This document shows, in pieces, positions 13,036-24,518 of a stretch of DNA of 64,000 nucleotides. Within the stretch, counting starts at the first letter, position 1; every line of letters starts with the position of its first letter. Origin of the DNA: Euprymna scolopes (taxonomy: Eukaryota); the NCBI GenBank assembly GCA_053919585.1, contig CM132787.1, one strand, 5' to 3'. Both the position numbers and the translations under genes were made by a program. The notes under the pieces are model-generated. The model did not search any database. It was not told the origin of the DNA and saw only the letters and a program-made list of their open reading frames with translations.

Positions 13036-13482
13036 GGCACTGTCCAAGAATCAATACTGCCTGTAAATCAATCCTTGAATTTGATCCAAGAATAAAAAAT
13101 TGATGAGTGACAATATGCAGAGAATCCAAATTCGATCAATAATGTCTGCCGACGTGTTTTGGAAATATCCATTTTACGTTCACGTATTTACAAAGCAAAC
13201 ATTGAGTAATTTGAATATTCTGTTGAAGTCAGAAGTAAATAGACACCATTATTTTTGTTCATAGAAATCACTCCAGACAAGATTTGAAGCCACTTGATGT
13301 AAGGGGTTAAAAATATATTACTTCAACTCTAAGAGTTTGATAATAGATTCTGATCAAGAAAACAGCACTCTTCTACTTTTCTCAGAAACATCACTCATGG
13401 AATGTGAGGACTAAAGGACAAAATAAAGGAAGCAGGAATTTCAGCTGAAAGTAAACCTAAGGTTCATTTTCTACTCTCCTGG

Positions 13483-13557
13483 TTATTATTATTATCATTA
13501 TTATTATTATTACTATTATTATTATTATCATTATTATCATTATTATCATTGTTATTG
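13483..13557. repeat. (ATT/ATC)n microsatellite
   Basis: Direct reading. Confidence 0.9.
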
Positions 13558-14024
13558 TGAGAATGTATTGATCTTTCTAGGTGAAATAATATTGATTATT
13601 CTTATTTTCTGGTGAATTGAACAATCACTCAATTAACAACGAAAAGTGGAATCCCAAGGTTTGCAGCAAATTTGATGCTGATTAAGCCAACTTTAAGATT
13701 GCTTTATAATATGACTCTCCTAAAACTCTAACGATTGTACTGCTTCTTTGCCCTTAGATGGTGATATATGATTCATATATTGATATCGGAAACACAACAA
13801 ATATCTACGTTTCAAACTTTAACTTCTGCTCCATACTGAAAATGTCAATAAAGTAAGTAGAAAAAAGGCAAAAATCCTGCGTTGGATTTCTAGTCAGACC
13901 AGACAGAACCACACCAAAAGTTACGACAATCTTGGATAAAATAAATGAAAACCGTTTCATGTGATCCACAAAAATGACGCAACTATCGTTAGTATGAGAT
14001 TCAGGATGGAGGCTCCTCAGAAAA

Positions 14025-14426
14025 TGTAAAAGTGAGAAATTACTGTAAGAAAAAAATGTAGGGAAAAATTCAAGATGGCGCCCGACTCTCTCTTTAACAC
14101 GGTAAGATATCCTCAACACGGCACAAGAAGCAACAGCCACACGATTCCCCAGCCAACTCAATCGTCACTCACCCACGTCTTTCCCCTCACCCGCTTTTAT
14201 CGTCGTTCTAGGTCGGCTAAATTTGCATATTCCGAGAATTCGTGTGACTTTGCGAGACATCATACTTTACAAAAGACGGCGGTCGCCATCTTGGTCCCTC
14301 TTTTCTATTTTTGGTCGGTAACGCTGAGCTGGTCTCGAGGTAAGTCTTTTTCCCCTCATCCGTCTCTCCCACGTACCCACACAACACGCAAACACGCGGG
14401 CGCTTATCTCCTGGATGCACGTTACA
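14025..14426 (-). repeat. 3' LTR (402 bp)
   Basis: tgtaaaagtg...gcacgttaca, adjacent to the PPT at 14427-14436. Confidence 0.93.
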
Positions 14427-16478
14427 CTCCCCCCTGATCTGATGATCACATAGAGAGCACTGGGGGGGTGGCCTTTTAGTGCGTGTGCTTCTGCGAAGAG
14501 GTACATTCACTGTTTCAGATTCGGGCTCTGGATCTGGTTCCGCCTCATCAGATGAAGTATCGCTATCAGTCTCTGGAAGGGGCTCACTGAATCCGTGCAT
14601 CGGCAGCTCATCGCTAGACGCTTCACTGCTTTCTTCTGTAGTTGTATGACGCACCTCGGTAGCTGGGCGAAGATCTCGCACATGTCGTGGGGTTCCATCG
14701 ACCAAAACAGACTGCTGGCTAATCACTCCAGATATGTGTCCTCGCTTAAACTTGTCGGTGCACCGATTTCCTGGAGGCCGCACCCACACTGGATCTCCCA
14801 CTTCATATCTGTTATATGTTCCCTTGTCGGTTGGCTGCGTAGTGTTGATTCCCTTCACTCCGACTTGGTACGTGTAAATAGCATTCGCAGGTGCGGTTGA
14901 AGGGGACGTCCCGTCCTTTGGCGTAATGTTGTACCAATATGTTGCTTCCGCAATAGTACATCGCTTCCTGGCAGCAATTCTCTTGATGCTGCGATGGCTT
15001 CTTTCAGCAATGCCATTTCCTGATGGCACATGCGCACATCGCAACCGTAGACGGACGCCCCACTCATCTAACAACTGCCGGACTTGCTGGCTACAAAACG
15101 CTGCATCATTGTCAGTCAGGAGCTCTTCCGGCGCACCTCGCTCAAAAAAAATGGATGATAGGTGGCGAACAACATTTGCTGAATCCTGTCTGGTCATCTG
15201 CCGCCACACCGCAAATCTCGTAGGCCCGCAATCAATGAGAGTTAGAAAGGGCTTGCCACTGTAATGGGTAATATCCATGGCCAGCCGCTGCCACACACTC
15301 TCAACTTCCAAGCGACCCTTCTGCCATCGCTCTGGTGCAGGATCAATAGACTGGCAAGCCTCACAATTTCTGACGATCTGTCTGACATCCATCTTGGTCA
15401 CTGCTGGGTATGCACGCCTCACAAAATAAAGGGTCCTCTTGATACCCGGATGTCCGCTCTGTGCATGAATTTTTTGTATTTGACATGGGTCGATTGCAAC
15501 TGCACAAGATCGAGCAGTAATCTCCATTCCCATCTTCGCGGCTTCATACCATTTGTGAGGTACACGGGTCAGTTGGTCAGCACGATTACAATGTGATGGC
15601 ACCAGAGTGACGCTCAGTGATAGCCCATACTCAGATACCAGGTTTTTTAGCGTGTCTAGCCTTCTCCGTATTAACATTTCGCTTGCTGCCTTGGTACGGA
15701 TTCGTGTCCGTCCTGAAAGTGTGTCAGACACCCAGTGGTAGACACAGAGAGAATCTGTGTACAAGGTCAACTTCTTAGACTGCCATTGCAGGGCCAGATT
15801 TACCCCCTTTACAACAGCGTCCAGCTCTGCCAGGTTGATATGCTGAGAATCTGTTACGGGCCGCAGCCAACATGCATCCTCGAACACGTTTCCTCCTTGC
15901 TCCAACGATACTCCCAACGCCAAAGAACTGGCATCAACCCACACACCTACGTTGTCTCCGTTAACACACCACCGCCCACAGGCAGGGTCCTTCTTGTTCA
16001 CTCTCTCCAGTGTCTCCTTAATCATCAGAGTTAGTAGGACATCATCGGATATGTCATCCCAACCCGTGGTTGTTAAATTTGCTCTGCGTTTAATCACACC
16101 AACAGCTGCGCGGAGCCAGCCACAGACTGGTAAGTGACCAACAAGTTTTCCACACCAAGAAAAAACGGTCCGCCTTGTAACGAGGTTGGGGATGCTTGGA
16201 ATTTCACTGCCACGCCTCCATTGTAGGGTGCCATCCTCTTCATAAACATCCAATCCCAATACACGTGCTCCTTCCCTTAAACGTTCGGGATTCTTGCATT
16301 CCAGACCAAACTGAGCCAACTTTTCTTTGACACACGACGCAGACTGTACATCTTCATTGACGTATACGTCATCAATGTAAGCTGACGTTGAGTCCCTCAT
16401 GGGCTTTTCTTGGGACAATACTGTGTTGACAATAGTCTTCATGATCTGTGGTGCCACATTTAGGCCGAAGCCAAGGCG
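14217..16478 (-). CDS. pol: 5'-truncated pol: RT C-terminal half, RNase H, HHCC + DDE integrase, SH3-like region and acidic tail
   Basis: 746-aa open frame preceded in frame by RLGFGLNV; YIDD; VDASS/NLAELDAV/TDS/NRADQL; HAQSGHPG...CEAC; MDITH/TDND/GIAER; no stops; gag, protease and RT N-terminus absent. Confidence 0.9.
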   Translation of the reverse strand, partial: RLGFGLNVAPQIMKTIVNTVLSQEKPMRDSTSAYIDDVYVNEDVQSASCVKEKLAQFGLECKNPERLREGARVLGLDVYEEDGTLQWRRGSEIPSIPNLVTRRTVFSWCGKLVGHLPVCGWLRAAVGVIKRRANLTTTGWDDISDDVLLTLMIKETLERVNKKDPACGRWCVNGDNVGVWVDASSLALGVSLEQGGNVFEDACWLRPVTDSQHINLAELDAVVKGVNLALQWQSKKLTLYTDSLCVYHWVSDTLSGRTRIRTKAASEMLIRRRLDTLKNLVSEYGLSLSVTLVPSHCNRADQLTRVPHKWYEAAKMGMEITARSCAVAIDPCQIQKIHAQSGHPGIKRTLYFVRRAYPAVTKMDVRQIVRNCEACQSIDPAPERWQKGRLEVESVWQRLAMDITHYSGKPFLTLIDCGPTRFAVWRQMTRQDSANVVRHLSSIFFERGAPEELLTDNDAAFCSQQVRQLLDEWGVRLRLRCAHVPSGNGIAERSHRSIKRIAARKRCTIAEATYWYNITPKDGTSPSTAPANAIYTYQVGVKGINTTQPTDKGTYNRYEVGDPVWVRPPGNRCTDKFKRGHISGVISQQSVLVDGTPRHVRDLRPATEVRHTTTEESSEASSDELPMHGFSEPLPETDSDTSSDEAEPDPEPESETVNVPLRRSTRTKRPPPQCSLCDHQIRGECNVHPGDKRPRVCVLCGYVGETDEGKKTYLETSSALPTKNRKEGPRWRPPSFVKYDVSQSHTNSRNMQI

Positions 16479-16820
16479 GACCGTTTTTTCTTGGTGTGGA
16501 AAACTTGTCTTACCGTGTTAAAGAGAGAGTCGGGCGCCATCTTGAATTTTTCCCTACATTTTTTTCTTACAGTAATTTCTCACTTTTACATTAGTATTGC
16601 TATTTTCTGTTGCGTTTCTTAACACGTGCATATCCACATGGTGTGTGTGTGCGCGCACACAACAGCTTTAACGTAACTGTTTTGGTGCTTATATAGGTCA
16701 GCCCCCATGGCGACCACACCGAACAAAAGCCGGGTTCCTGAAACTAAAAACGAAAAAAAAACTATTTTATGTACATTATTAGCATCATCATTGTCTCAAT
16801 CTTAGGATTTTTTCGGTTAG

Positions 16821-16827
<7 letters not shown>

Positions 16828-16868
<41 letters not shown>

Positions 16869-16970
16869 AACAACATCAGATTGATTCCTTTGACTTTAGA
16901 CATTCAAGCTGTATCTTAACATTTTCGCCGTTCCTAACAGGCAAGCTTTTTGCAAAATTGTAAAACAAAT
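16828..16970 (-). mobile_element. R4/Dong-like non-LTR retrotransposon 3' tip with (TAA)n tract
   Basis: Minus strand 16970-16896 reads ICFTILQKACLLGTAKMLRYSLNV*, resembling the R4/Dong C-terminal LQKxxLLGTAxILR motif; ~30-bp UTR, then (TAA)~13. Confidence 0.7.
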
Positions 16971-17186
16971 TGTCTTATTATAATTATTAATTAGGTTTCA
17001 AGGACTTCAGAAAATAAGGACAACGAAAGAAACGACTTCGCGTCTACACCGATTGACTTTCCGTGCATGTAAACAATAATAAAACCAAATTGTTTGGTTT
17101 TTCGTCAGAAGGTTGATTTTTTAACGTAAGGAAATATTTATTGGAAGAACGGGTTCTTGAAGCCTAATTGGTTCGCCGAAATACCT

Positions 17187-17588
17187 TGTAAAAGTGAGAA
17201 ATTACTGTAAGAAAAAAATGTAGGGAAAAATTCAAGATGGCGCCCGACTCTCTCTTTAACACGGTAAGATATCCTCAACACGGCACAAGAAGCAACAGCC
17301 ACACGATTCCCCAGCCAACTCAATCGTCACTCACCCACGTCTTTCCCCTCACCCGCTTTTATCGTCGTTCTAGGTCGGCTAAATTTGCATATTCCGAGAA
17401 TTCGTGTGACTTTGCGAGACATCATACTTTACAAAAGACGGCGGTCGCCATCTTGGTCCCTCTTTTCTATTTTTGGTCGGTAACGCTGAGCTGGTCTCGA
17501 GGTAAGTCTTTTTCCCCTCATCCGTCTCTCCCACGTACCCACACAACACGCAAACACGCGGGCGCTTATCTCCTGGATGCACGTTACA
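17187..17588 (-). repeat. LTR in the 5' position (402 bp), no PBS adjacent
   Basis: Matches 14025-14426; on the minus strand it is followed by aggtatttcg rather than a TGG primer-binding site. Confidence 0.93.
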
Positions 17589-19019
17589 GAAAAGTCCAAG
17601 AGGATGGCTGTGACAGTTTATTATAAGTTCAAGGATCAATCAAATCAAAACACCTATTGTTTTACATGGATTTAATATTCCAAACTGGAGGATGAATTCA
17701 ATAAAAAGACATAAACATGTTTTACTGTAACACACACATGAGGTGATCGTTTTATTTACATTAGGGAGAAAAGCAAAAAAAAAAAAAAAAAAAAAAAATA
17801 GAATCCCCCTACAGAAATTTACAACAGAGAAAAAGAACTAAGATCAGATAACTCTAATTCATTGTTATAATAGAACAAGGAATACTTGATCCCTTTTCAA
17901 ATATGAAACAAGGGAAATAACAAAGCAGAAAACACGCTCGATTAAAAAAAAAAAAGTGAAAGAAATGCAGTTGTGAAATAAAATAAAATAGCGCACGAAA
18001 AAAGTTAAAGAAATTTAGTTTTGATATAAATTCGACATAAGTTAGCTGTTGATTCCAATTTGTAGTTGACGTAATTCAATGGATAAATGACCAATGAAAA
18101 CCTTCTGCGCATGGGCCGTAAGGGAGCAGTCCTTGGAAAGCCAATGTTTACGCAGGGTCCACAACTCGTCATCAAGTACCATTACTCTTAACTATAATAA
18201 TTTTCTACTCGATTATTTTTCGTAATTTTTGGATATATTACTATTTTCGACATGCAATGTTGCTTTTGCTTAAAACTACATATTAAAAAAAAATCGATCT
18301 GTCGACTCCATCTTAACAAGCACTCGTGAATCTAACACTATTTTTGCACGTACTTATGAAAACTATGAAAACATTCAATAGAAAACCATCATTATTGTCA
18401 GGAATACGAATCTATTCTAATGTCAAATAATTGTGTTCGTTTGTAAATGAGTTATCGGAAGAATAAATTTTAGGGTAAATATTTCAGGTCCTAAATTTGG
18501 AGTTAACCAAGTTATTCCCCTTGACTTACTAACGCGCCAGAGTTAGTTCCCCTGTTTTGGTTTTCATAAGATGGGAAATAAAAATCAGCAGAAACTATGA
18601 CATTTTTAATATTTGACTAAAATAACAAGAGTTATTTCCCTGTTTTGTCAAGTATTTTTTTCTTATTTTCGTGTTCACTATTTTTCTTTAGCTATATTAC
18701 AGGATTTAACATTCTTATAACGTACCCTTCTAAAAATTTCTATAATTTTTTTGTATAATGATATACTCTGTTTCGTTATTATTTATATGTGGATGGTAAT
18801 CGATGAAATACAATAGACACATGTGAGATCATTGATCCTTTATTTAGGGCAAAGACACAGAGACCTAGCTCAAGGCAGTGTAAACCCTAATGCAACCGCT
18901 TCTTCCCTTTTCTGAAAAAATAAAAGAATTAGAAAGAAAAGAAAAATCTGATAAAAGGTAACAGAAAAAAATATGATAGTGACCTAGGCATTCATTGGGC
19001 TTGTGCAACATACTTTTCT

Positions 19020-19137
19020 TCACACACACATGCACGTATACACACATTCACGTACACACAAACACACACGCACGAATACACACATTCACGTACACACACA
19101 CACATGCAAGCTCGCGCTCACGCAAACATGCACACAT
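19020..19137. repeat. Degenerate (CA)n-rich microsatellite
   Basis: Direct reading. Confidence 0.8.
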
Positions 19138-19576
19138 TAGTGACGTCACTTCCTTTTAAATGAAATCCAGACATACGCAGTCAGAACACTGACTCCGGTA
19201 TAAAAGCGAACAACATGTTTCAACTTCCTCTTTTTTTCTTTTCGCATCCGCAGCTTGTGGTCTGAAGGCACTCCCACGTAGCCGACTACTATCATTTACT
19301 GAGGTCAATTCTCCCTCTCATTTTTTTTACATGCTGGACTGCTATTTCTCTTTCTACTACATTATCTCTTTTCCACTCATGTCATCGTTAACGAATGAAC
19401 TGAACACGTGTTTCCCTAAACCATTTTTCCAACAGAAAATAAATGACATGTTTGTTTATTCAACAATTGTGTTTCTTCATTCCTTCCATTCGTTTCATTA
19501 ATATATTTTATTTTCTAGCGGTTAGTGTGTAAATAATATTATGCTAGTCCACAACAGGCTTGACAAACAGGAATTA

Positions 19577-20095
19577 TTCTGCCCTTTTCATTTTGGACTC
19601 AATTCACGATGTATAGTCCTTGAACCTAACCAGATTTCTTATTAGTCTTCTCAACCGTGTCCTCCTCGCCCTTTCTGGGTTTGGTTTTGATCGAGATAGT
19701 GTTGGGCTCAGTCTTTCTCTTTGATCATTTTGTTGTTGAGATGTCTGGGGGTCACACATCTCTTCTGTATCTGGTACCATATTTGCTGGTACTTCACTGT
19801 GCAATTGGTATGGCTGGTACTATTTTTTTTTTCAACTCTGCTCTATTCCATCGAATGGCTTTCTTCCACTCTTTCTGACCATTTATGTGTGGTTTCATCC
19901 GTACCACATCTCTGCAGTGCAAAGTTTGGAGTGGTTTTATTTTGTGATTGAGTACTGTTCTTGCTTTCTGCTCTCCCACTTAATCATCTTGTTTAAATTT
20001 TTGGGGCATTCTGGTTGGAGTAAATTCTCTCTGATTGGAAGAAATGTTTTTGTTCTTCTGGACATCAGTTTCTGTGCTGGTGATAACTAACTTTT
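19577..20095 (-). pseudogene. Gypsy integrase C-terminal remnant
   Basis: LSPAQKLMSRRTKTFLPIRENLLQP; DVVRMKP; RTRLRRLIRNLVRFKDYT; purine-rich tract downstream. Confidence 0.75.
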
Positions 20096-20159
20096 AGCTG
20101 ATGTATTCCTGTGATCCAGCATCGCTAGGTGTGGATCAGTCTCATCATCCATCACTTAT

Positions 20160-22050
20160 CATCCCACACTATGCACAATTACCTGAGCTGGGCATACTAA
20201 TCATCATCGATGATGTCTCCAAGGCAATTAACAAACTCCCACTGGGAAATGCTCCAGATACTGATTCCATCTCAGGCGAAAAAATCAAGAGTGGCAAGTC
20301 CTCTCTCCTCAAGCCATTATACCAACTCTTGCTACGTTGTCGGAAAGAAGACACTGTTCCTCAGGACATGAGAAACGCAAACATAGTCACCCAATATAAA
20401 AATAAAGGGGACCGCAGTGACTGCAATAATTATAGGGGAATCTCACTACTGAGCATCGTTAACCAACTGTTTGCTTGCATCATTTTGACGAGACTGCAAG
20501 TTCTTGCTGAGAGAATATATTCTGAATCACAGCGTGGCTTTCACTCTCAATAATCTTCTCACTACACCAACTCCAGAAGTGCAGAGAACAAAACAGACCA
20601 TTGTATTTTGCCTTCATTGATCTTACTAAGGCGTTTGACCTAGTCATTAGAGATGAACTATTTAAGATGCTGCCTCTCACTGGTTGCCCTCCCAAGAGTC
20701 ATTTCATGATGGTATGATGAGCACCATGCTATTCAACGGAGACACCTTTGCTGAATTTGGTGTAAAAAATGGTGTCAAATAGGGATGTGTGCTTGCACCT
20801 ACGTTATTTGGCATTTTCTTTGCCATTCTCCTGAGATATGCCTTCAATTCATCAGAAGACAGAGTTTACCTTCATTCCAGATCGGATGGCTGCCTCTTCA
20901 GCATCAACCGTCTTCAATCCAGGACCAAAGTCCAACAATTTAACATTAGGGATCACCTGTTTCTTGATGATGTGGTGGTAACATCTATCACTAAAGAAGG
21001 ACTTCAAAAACTCATGGAGAAATTTTCCAAAATTTGCAAAGATGTCTTCAAGTCCAACATAAACAAATTCCTGATTGATCGCTCCCTTAAGTAAGACATT
21101 TTATCAAATCTCCAATACCAACTATTACTACGATATTATCCCATTGATTATTGTACACACAATAACTCTTATCCCCGAGTGGCTTCCGGGCCTTGATAAG
21201 TGGTGATCCCCCCCCCCCATGTAAAAAAAAAAAAAAGAATTCAGCCTCACCATCAGCCTGAAGAAAATCCAGGTCATGAGCCAAGGAATCTCATCATCTC
21301 CAATCATCACTATGAATGGTCAGTGCTTAAACGTAGTCCATCAATTCCAATAGCTCAGGTCTACAACCTCAAACATCTCTTGATGTAGTGCTCAACAAGT
21401 GCATCAGAAAGGCATCCACCACTCTTACAAAATTGACAATTAGAGTGTGGGAAAATAAATATCTCACCATCTTTACAAAAGTGACCGTTTACATGGTCTG
21501 TGTCACCAGTATCCTTCTGTATGGAAGTGAAACACGGACAACTTACAACCACCATGAACGGAAACTGAACGCATTTCACATGCATAATCTACAGAGAATT
21601 CTTGGAATTTTTTTTTAGGGATAAAGCTGCAAACAATGCTGTGCTTGCAAGGACTGATATCCCCCTCCATTTTCACCCTTCTTCGCCAAAAACGCCTACG
21701 CAGTACAGGCTATGTGCACCACATGAACAATGGGAGAATCCCAAAAGATATTCTCTACAGTGAACTCACTACTGGCAAAAGGAAAATTGGTCGTCCTCAT
21801 CTCCGCTATGTCGACGTGTGCAAACGCGACATGAAATCATGTGATATTGATCCTATCAGCTGGGAGTTCAAAGCTAAAGTCCACAACATCTGGAGACAAT
21901 CGGTAACCAAAGGCTTGACCACTGGGGAAAGCTTCATTGCAGAACAGGCGGAGACCAAAAGACGATTTAGGAAGGCCAGTCAACAAAATTCAGCAGACCA
22001 CCAACTCGATACACTGACCTTTACCTGCGATGTCTGCAACTAACAATGTA
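20160..22050 (+). mobile_element. Decayed RTE-clade LINE (RT to C-terminus)
   Basis: PQDMRNANIV...KNKGDRSDCNNYRGISLLSI; FIDLTKAFD; GVK*GCVLAPTLF; LLYGSET; RIPKDILYSEL...GRPHLRY. Confidence 0.9.
21043..21233 (+). mobile_element. Short family-1 LINE 3' end nested in the RTE
   Basis: Family-1 3' UTR + poly-A; aaaga TSD (21038-21042 and 21234-21238); removal restores the RTE frame CKEFSLTISLKK. Confidence 0.88.
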
Positions 22051-22247
22051 GATCAGCCACAGAAGACGGTGTTCAATCACCTCTACAGGCACAACCCTAT
22101 TATCTTCTAGACTGCCAACCATATAGTTCCTATAATAAGGTATATCTGTGAAAATTTTCATAATGATTTGGTTTGGTTTGAGTTATTTAATGCCGTATAA
22201 AGTTTGTCAAATATAAGTTTAAAAGTAAGATAATTATTTGTATTTTT

Positions 22248-24478
22248 AGAAAGCTGTTCAAGTGTTGTCTTAAGGAGAATTGCTTCCCATCACCCTGGAA
22301 AACCTCATTGGTATGCCCTGCATTTAAGAATTCAGGTGATTGGTTATCTTCCTTTCAGTACAGACCAATGAGTCTTCTGTGCGTCATGAGTAAGTTGCTG
22401 GAATCTGTGTTAAATAGAGGAGTGGTCAACCACATCAGCAAAAATAACATTCTTAGTGAAATGCAATATGGTTTCCATTCTGCTAGATCTACAGCAGATG
22501 TGCTAACGGTTATATCTCATAGGATTAGTGAATCTCTTGACAAAGGCTTCCTTTCCAGGGCAATTGCTCTTGACATATCGAAGGCCTTCGACAAGGTATG
22601 GCATAAGGGCCTACTTCACAAGATTTCCAGCTATGGTATCACTGGAAATGTTTTCTCAATCATTAAATCATTTCTCTCCGATAGGTTCATAAGAGTAGTG
22701 GTTGATGGGCAGAAATCAGAAGCCCACAGTATTAATGCTGGAGTCCCTCAGGTGTCCATCCTGGGCCCAACTCTCTTCCTGATCTACATCAATGATCTCC
22801 CAAAACACATACTTAAATCATTCGTAGACATCTATGCTGATGACACGACCATCTATGGCAACACATCAAAGGCCGTAAAAGACAAAGTTCTCTCTAATTC
22901 TCTCTCCTCTGATCTTGAGCACGTGGTACAATGGGGGAAGAGGTGGCTGGTCACTTTTAATGCATTCAAAACCAAACTTCTATCTTTACATCATCAATGC
23001 TCTGATCTCCGTTTGGCATCAATTGAAATGGATGGCTCTCGTCTTGAGGCGGCTCCATGTTTTGACAAGCTTCTGGGCTTGACCTTTACTCATTTAATCA
23101 TATTAAATAAAGAAGTAGTCAACCACCTCAGCAGAAATAACCTTTTTAGTGACATGTAATATGGTTTCTGTTCTGTTAGATCTACAACAGATGTGCTAAC
23201 GGTTATATCTCATAGGATTTGCAAAACTCTCGATAGAGGCTTCGTTTCTGGGGCAATTGCTCTTGATATATCAAAGGCCTTTGTTAGGGTATGGCATAAA
23301 GGTCTACTTGACAAGATCTCCAGCTACAGTATAGCTGGAAAGGTCTTCTCAATTACTAAGTCATTTCTCTCTGATAGGTTCATAAGAGTAGAGGTTGATG
23401 GGCAGAAATCAGAAGCTCATAGAATTAATGCTGGAGTCCTACAGGAGTCCATATTGAGACCAACTCTCTTCCTGATCTACATCAATGATCTTCCAAATCA
23501 CATCCTAAGATCATTCATAGACATTTATGCTGACAATACTACCATCTACATAAACACACTAAAGGCTGTAAATGACCAAGTTCTCTCTGATTCTCTCTCC
23601 TCTGATCTTGAGCATATGGTACAATGGGGAAAGAGGTGACTGGTTACTCTTAATGCTTCTAAAACCAAGCTTCTATCTTTACATCATCAACGCTCCGATC
23701 CCCATCTGGCATCGATTGAAATGAATGGCTCTTGTCTTGGGAAATCTTCATTTTTTGACAAGCTTCCGGGCTTGACCTTTACTCCTGATCTGAAATGGAA
23801 CACGTATATTAAATCTGTTGCGAAGGTCACTGATAAAATGGTGGGATTCTTCTACTGCTCCAGAAGATATCTCACTGTTGATGCAATTTTCCACCTATAT
23901 AAAAGCCAGGTATGTCCAAAGATGGAGTACTGCTGCCACATCTGGGCAGGAGCTGCTAAAAACTGCCTTGACAGAGTTCAAAATAGACTTGGTAGCCTAG
24001 TGGGGGATGCGCTTTTCTCTTCCCTGCAACTTTTTCCCCACAGAAGAGACATTGCGAGGCTGTCTCTGCTTTATTGTTGGCAAGTGCTCGTTTGAGCTCC
24101 AATCTATGGTCCTCCCTCACCAAATTTTCACAAAAAACACTCGTCTAGCTGAAACCACTATCAATAATTTCCCTCACTCTTTATCTGCATCTAAACCTAG
24201 ATTCCATGAACAAAGCTTCTTTCTTAGAACTGCACGCCTGTAGAACTCTGTTCCGTTTGTCTGCTTTCCAGCTGACTACAATTTGGTCGTCTTTAAGTTC
24301 TACATAAATAAATTCTTATTGAACCATCCTCTTAACTAATCCAATTTACTAAATTTTCACAACTAACGATTACTACGATATTATCCTATTGACTACTGTA
24401 CATTCATTAACTCTTCTCCTCGAGTGGCATCCAGGCCTTGATAAGTGGTGACTCCTTTGTAAAAAAAAAAAAAAAAAA
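22248..24478 (+). mobile_element. CR1/L2-like LINE, family 1; decayed, with RT region present twice
   Basis: YRPMSLL, QYGF, LDISKAFDKVWH, GVPQ, YADD; 22410-23091 repeated in diverged form at 23103-23784; family-1 3' UTR + poly-A. Confidence 0.92.
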
Positions 24479-24518
24479 TAGAATGCATTGCTATTTGAGA
24501 ATAGTCGCATCCAAGCTA

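Larger units (their letters stand above)
14025..17588 (-). mobile_element. Young, internally rearranged Gypsy-type LTR retrotransposon
   Basis: Two TG...CA 402-bp direct repeats with no difference seen; GAAAA TSD at 14020-14024 and 17589-17593; minus-strand PPT aggggggag next to 14426. Confidence 0.92.

Noticed and set aside
12843-13129. Poly-Asp/Ser/His/Ile ORFs
   Set aside because: Translations of a trinucleotide microsatellite
14075-16137. Short ORFs overlapping pol and the LTR in other frames or strands
   Set aside because: Shadow frames of a GC-richer coding region with no motifs
19139-19155. CRE/ETS motif gtgacgtcacttcc as a promoter
   Set aside because: Short motif with no associated gene or transcript evidence
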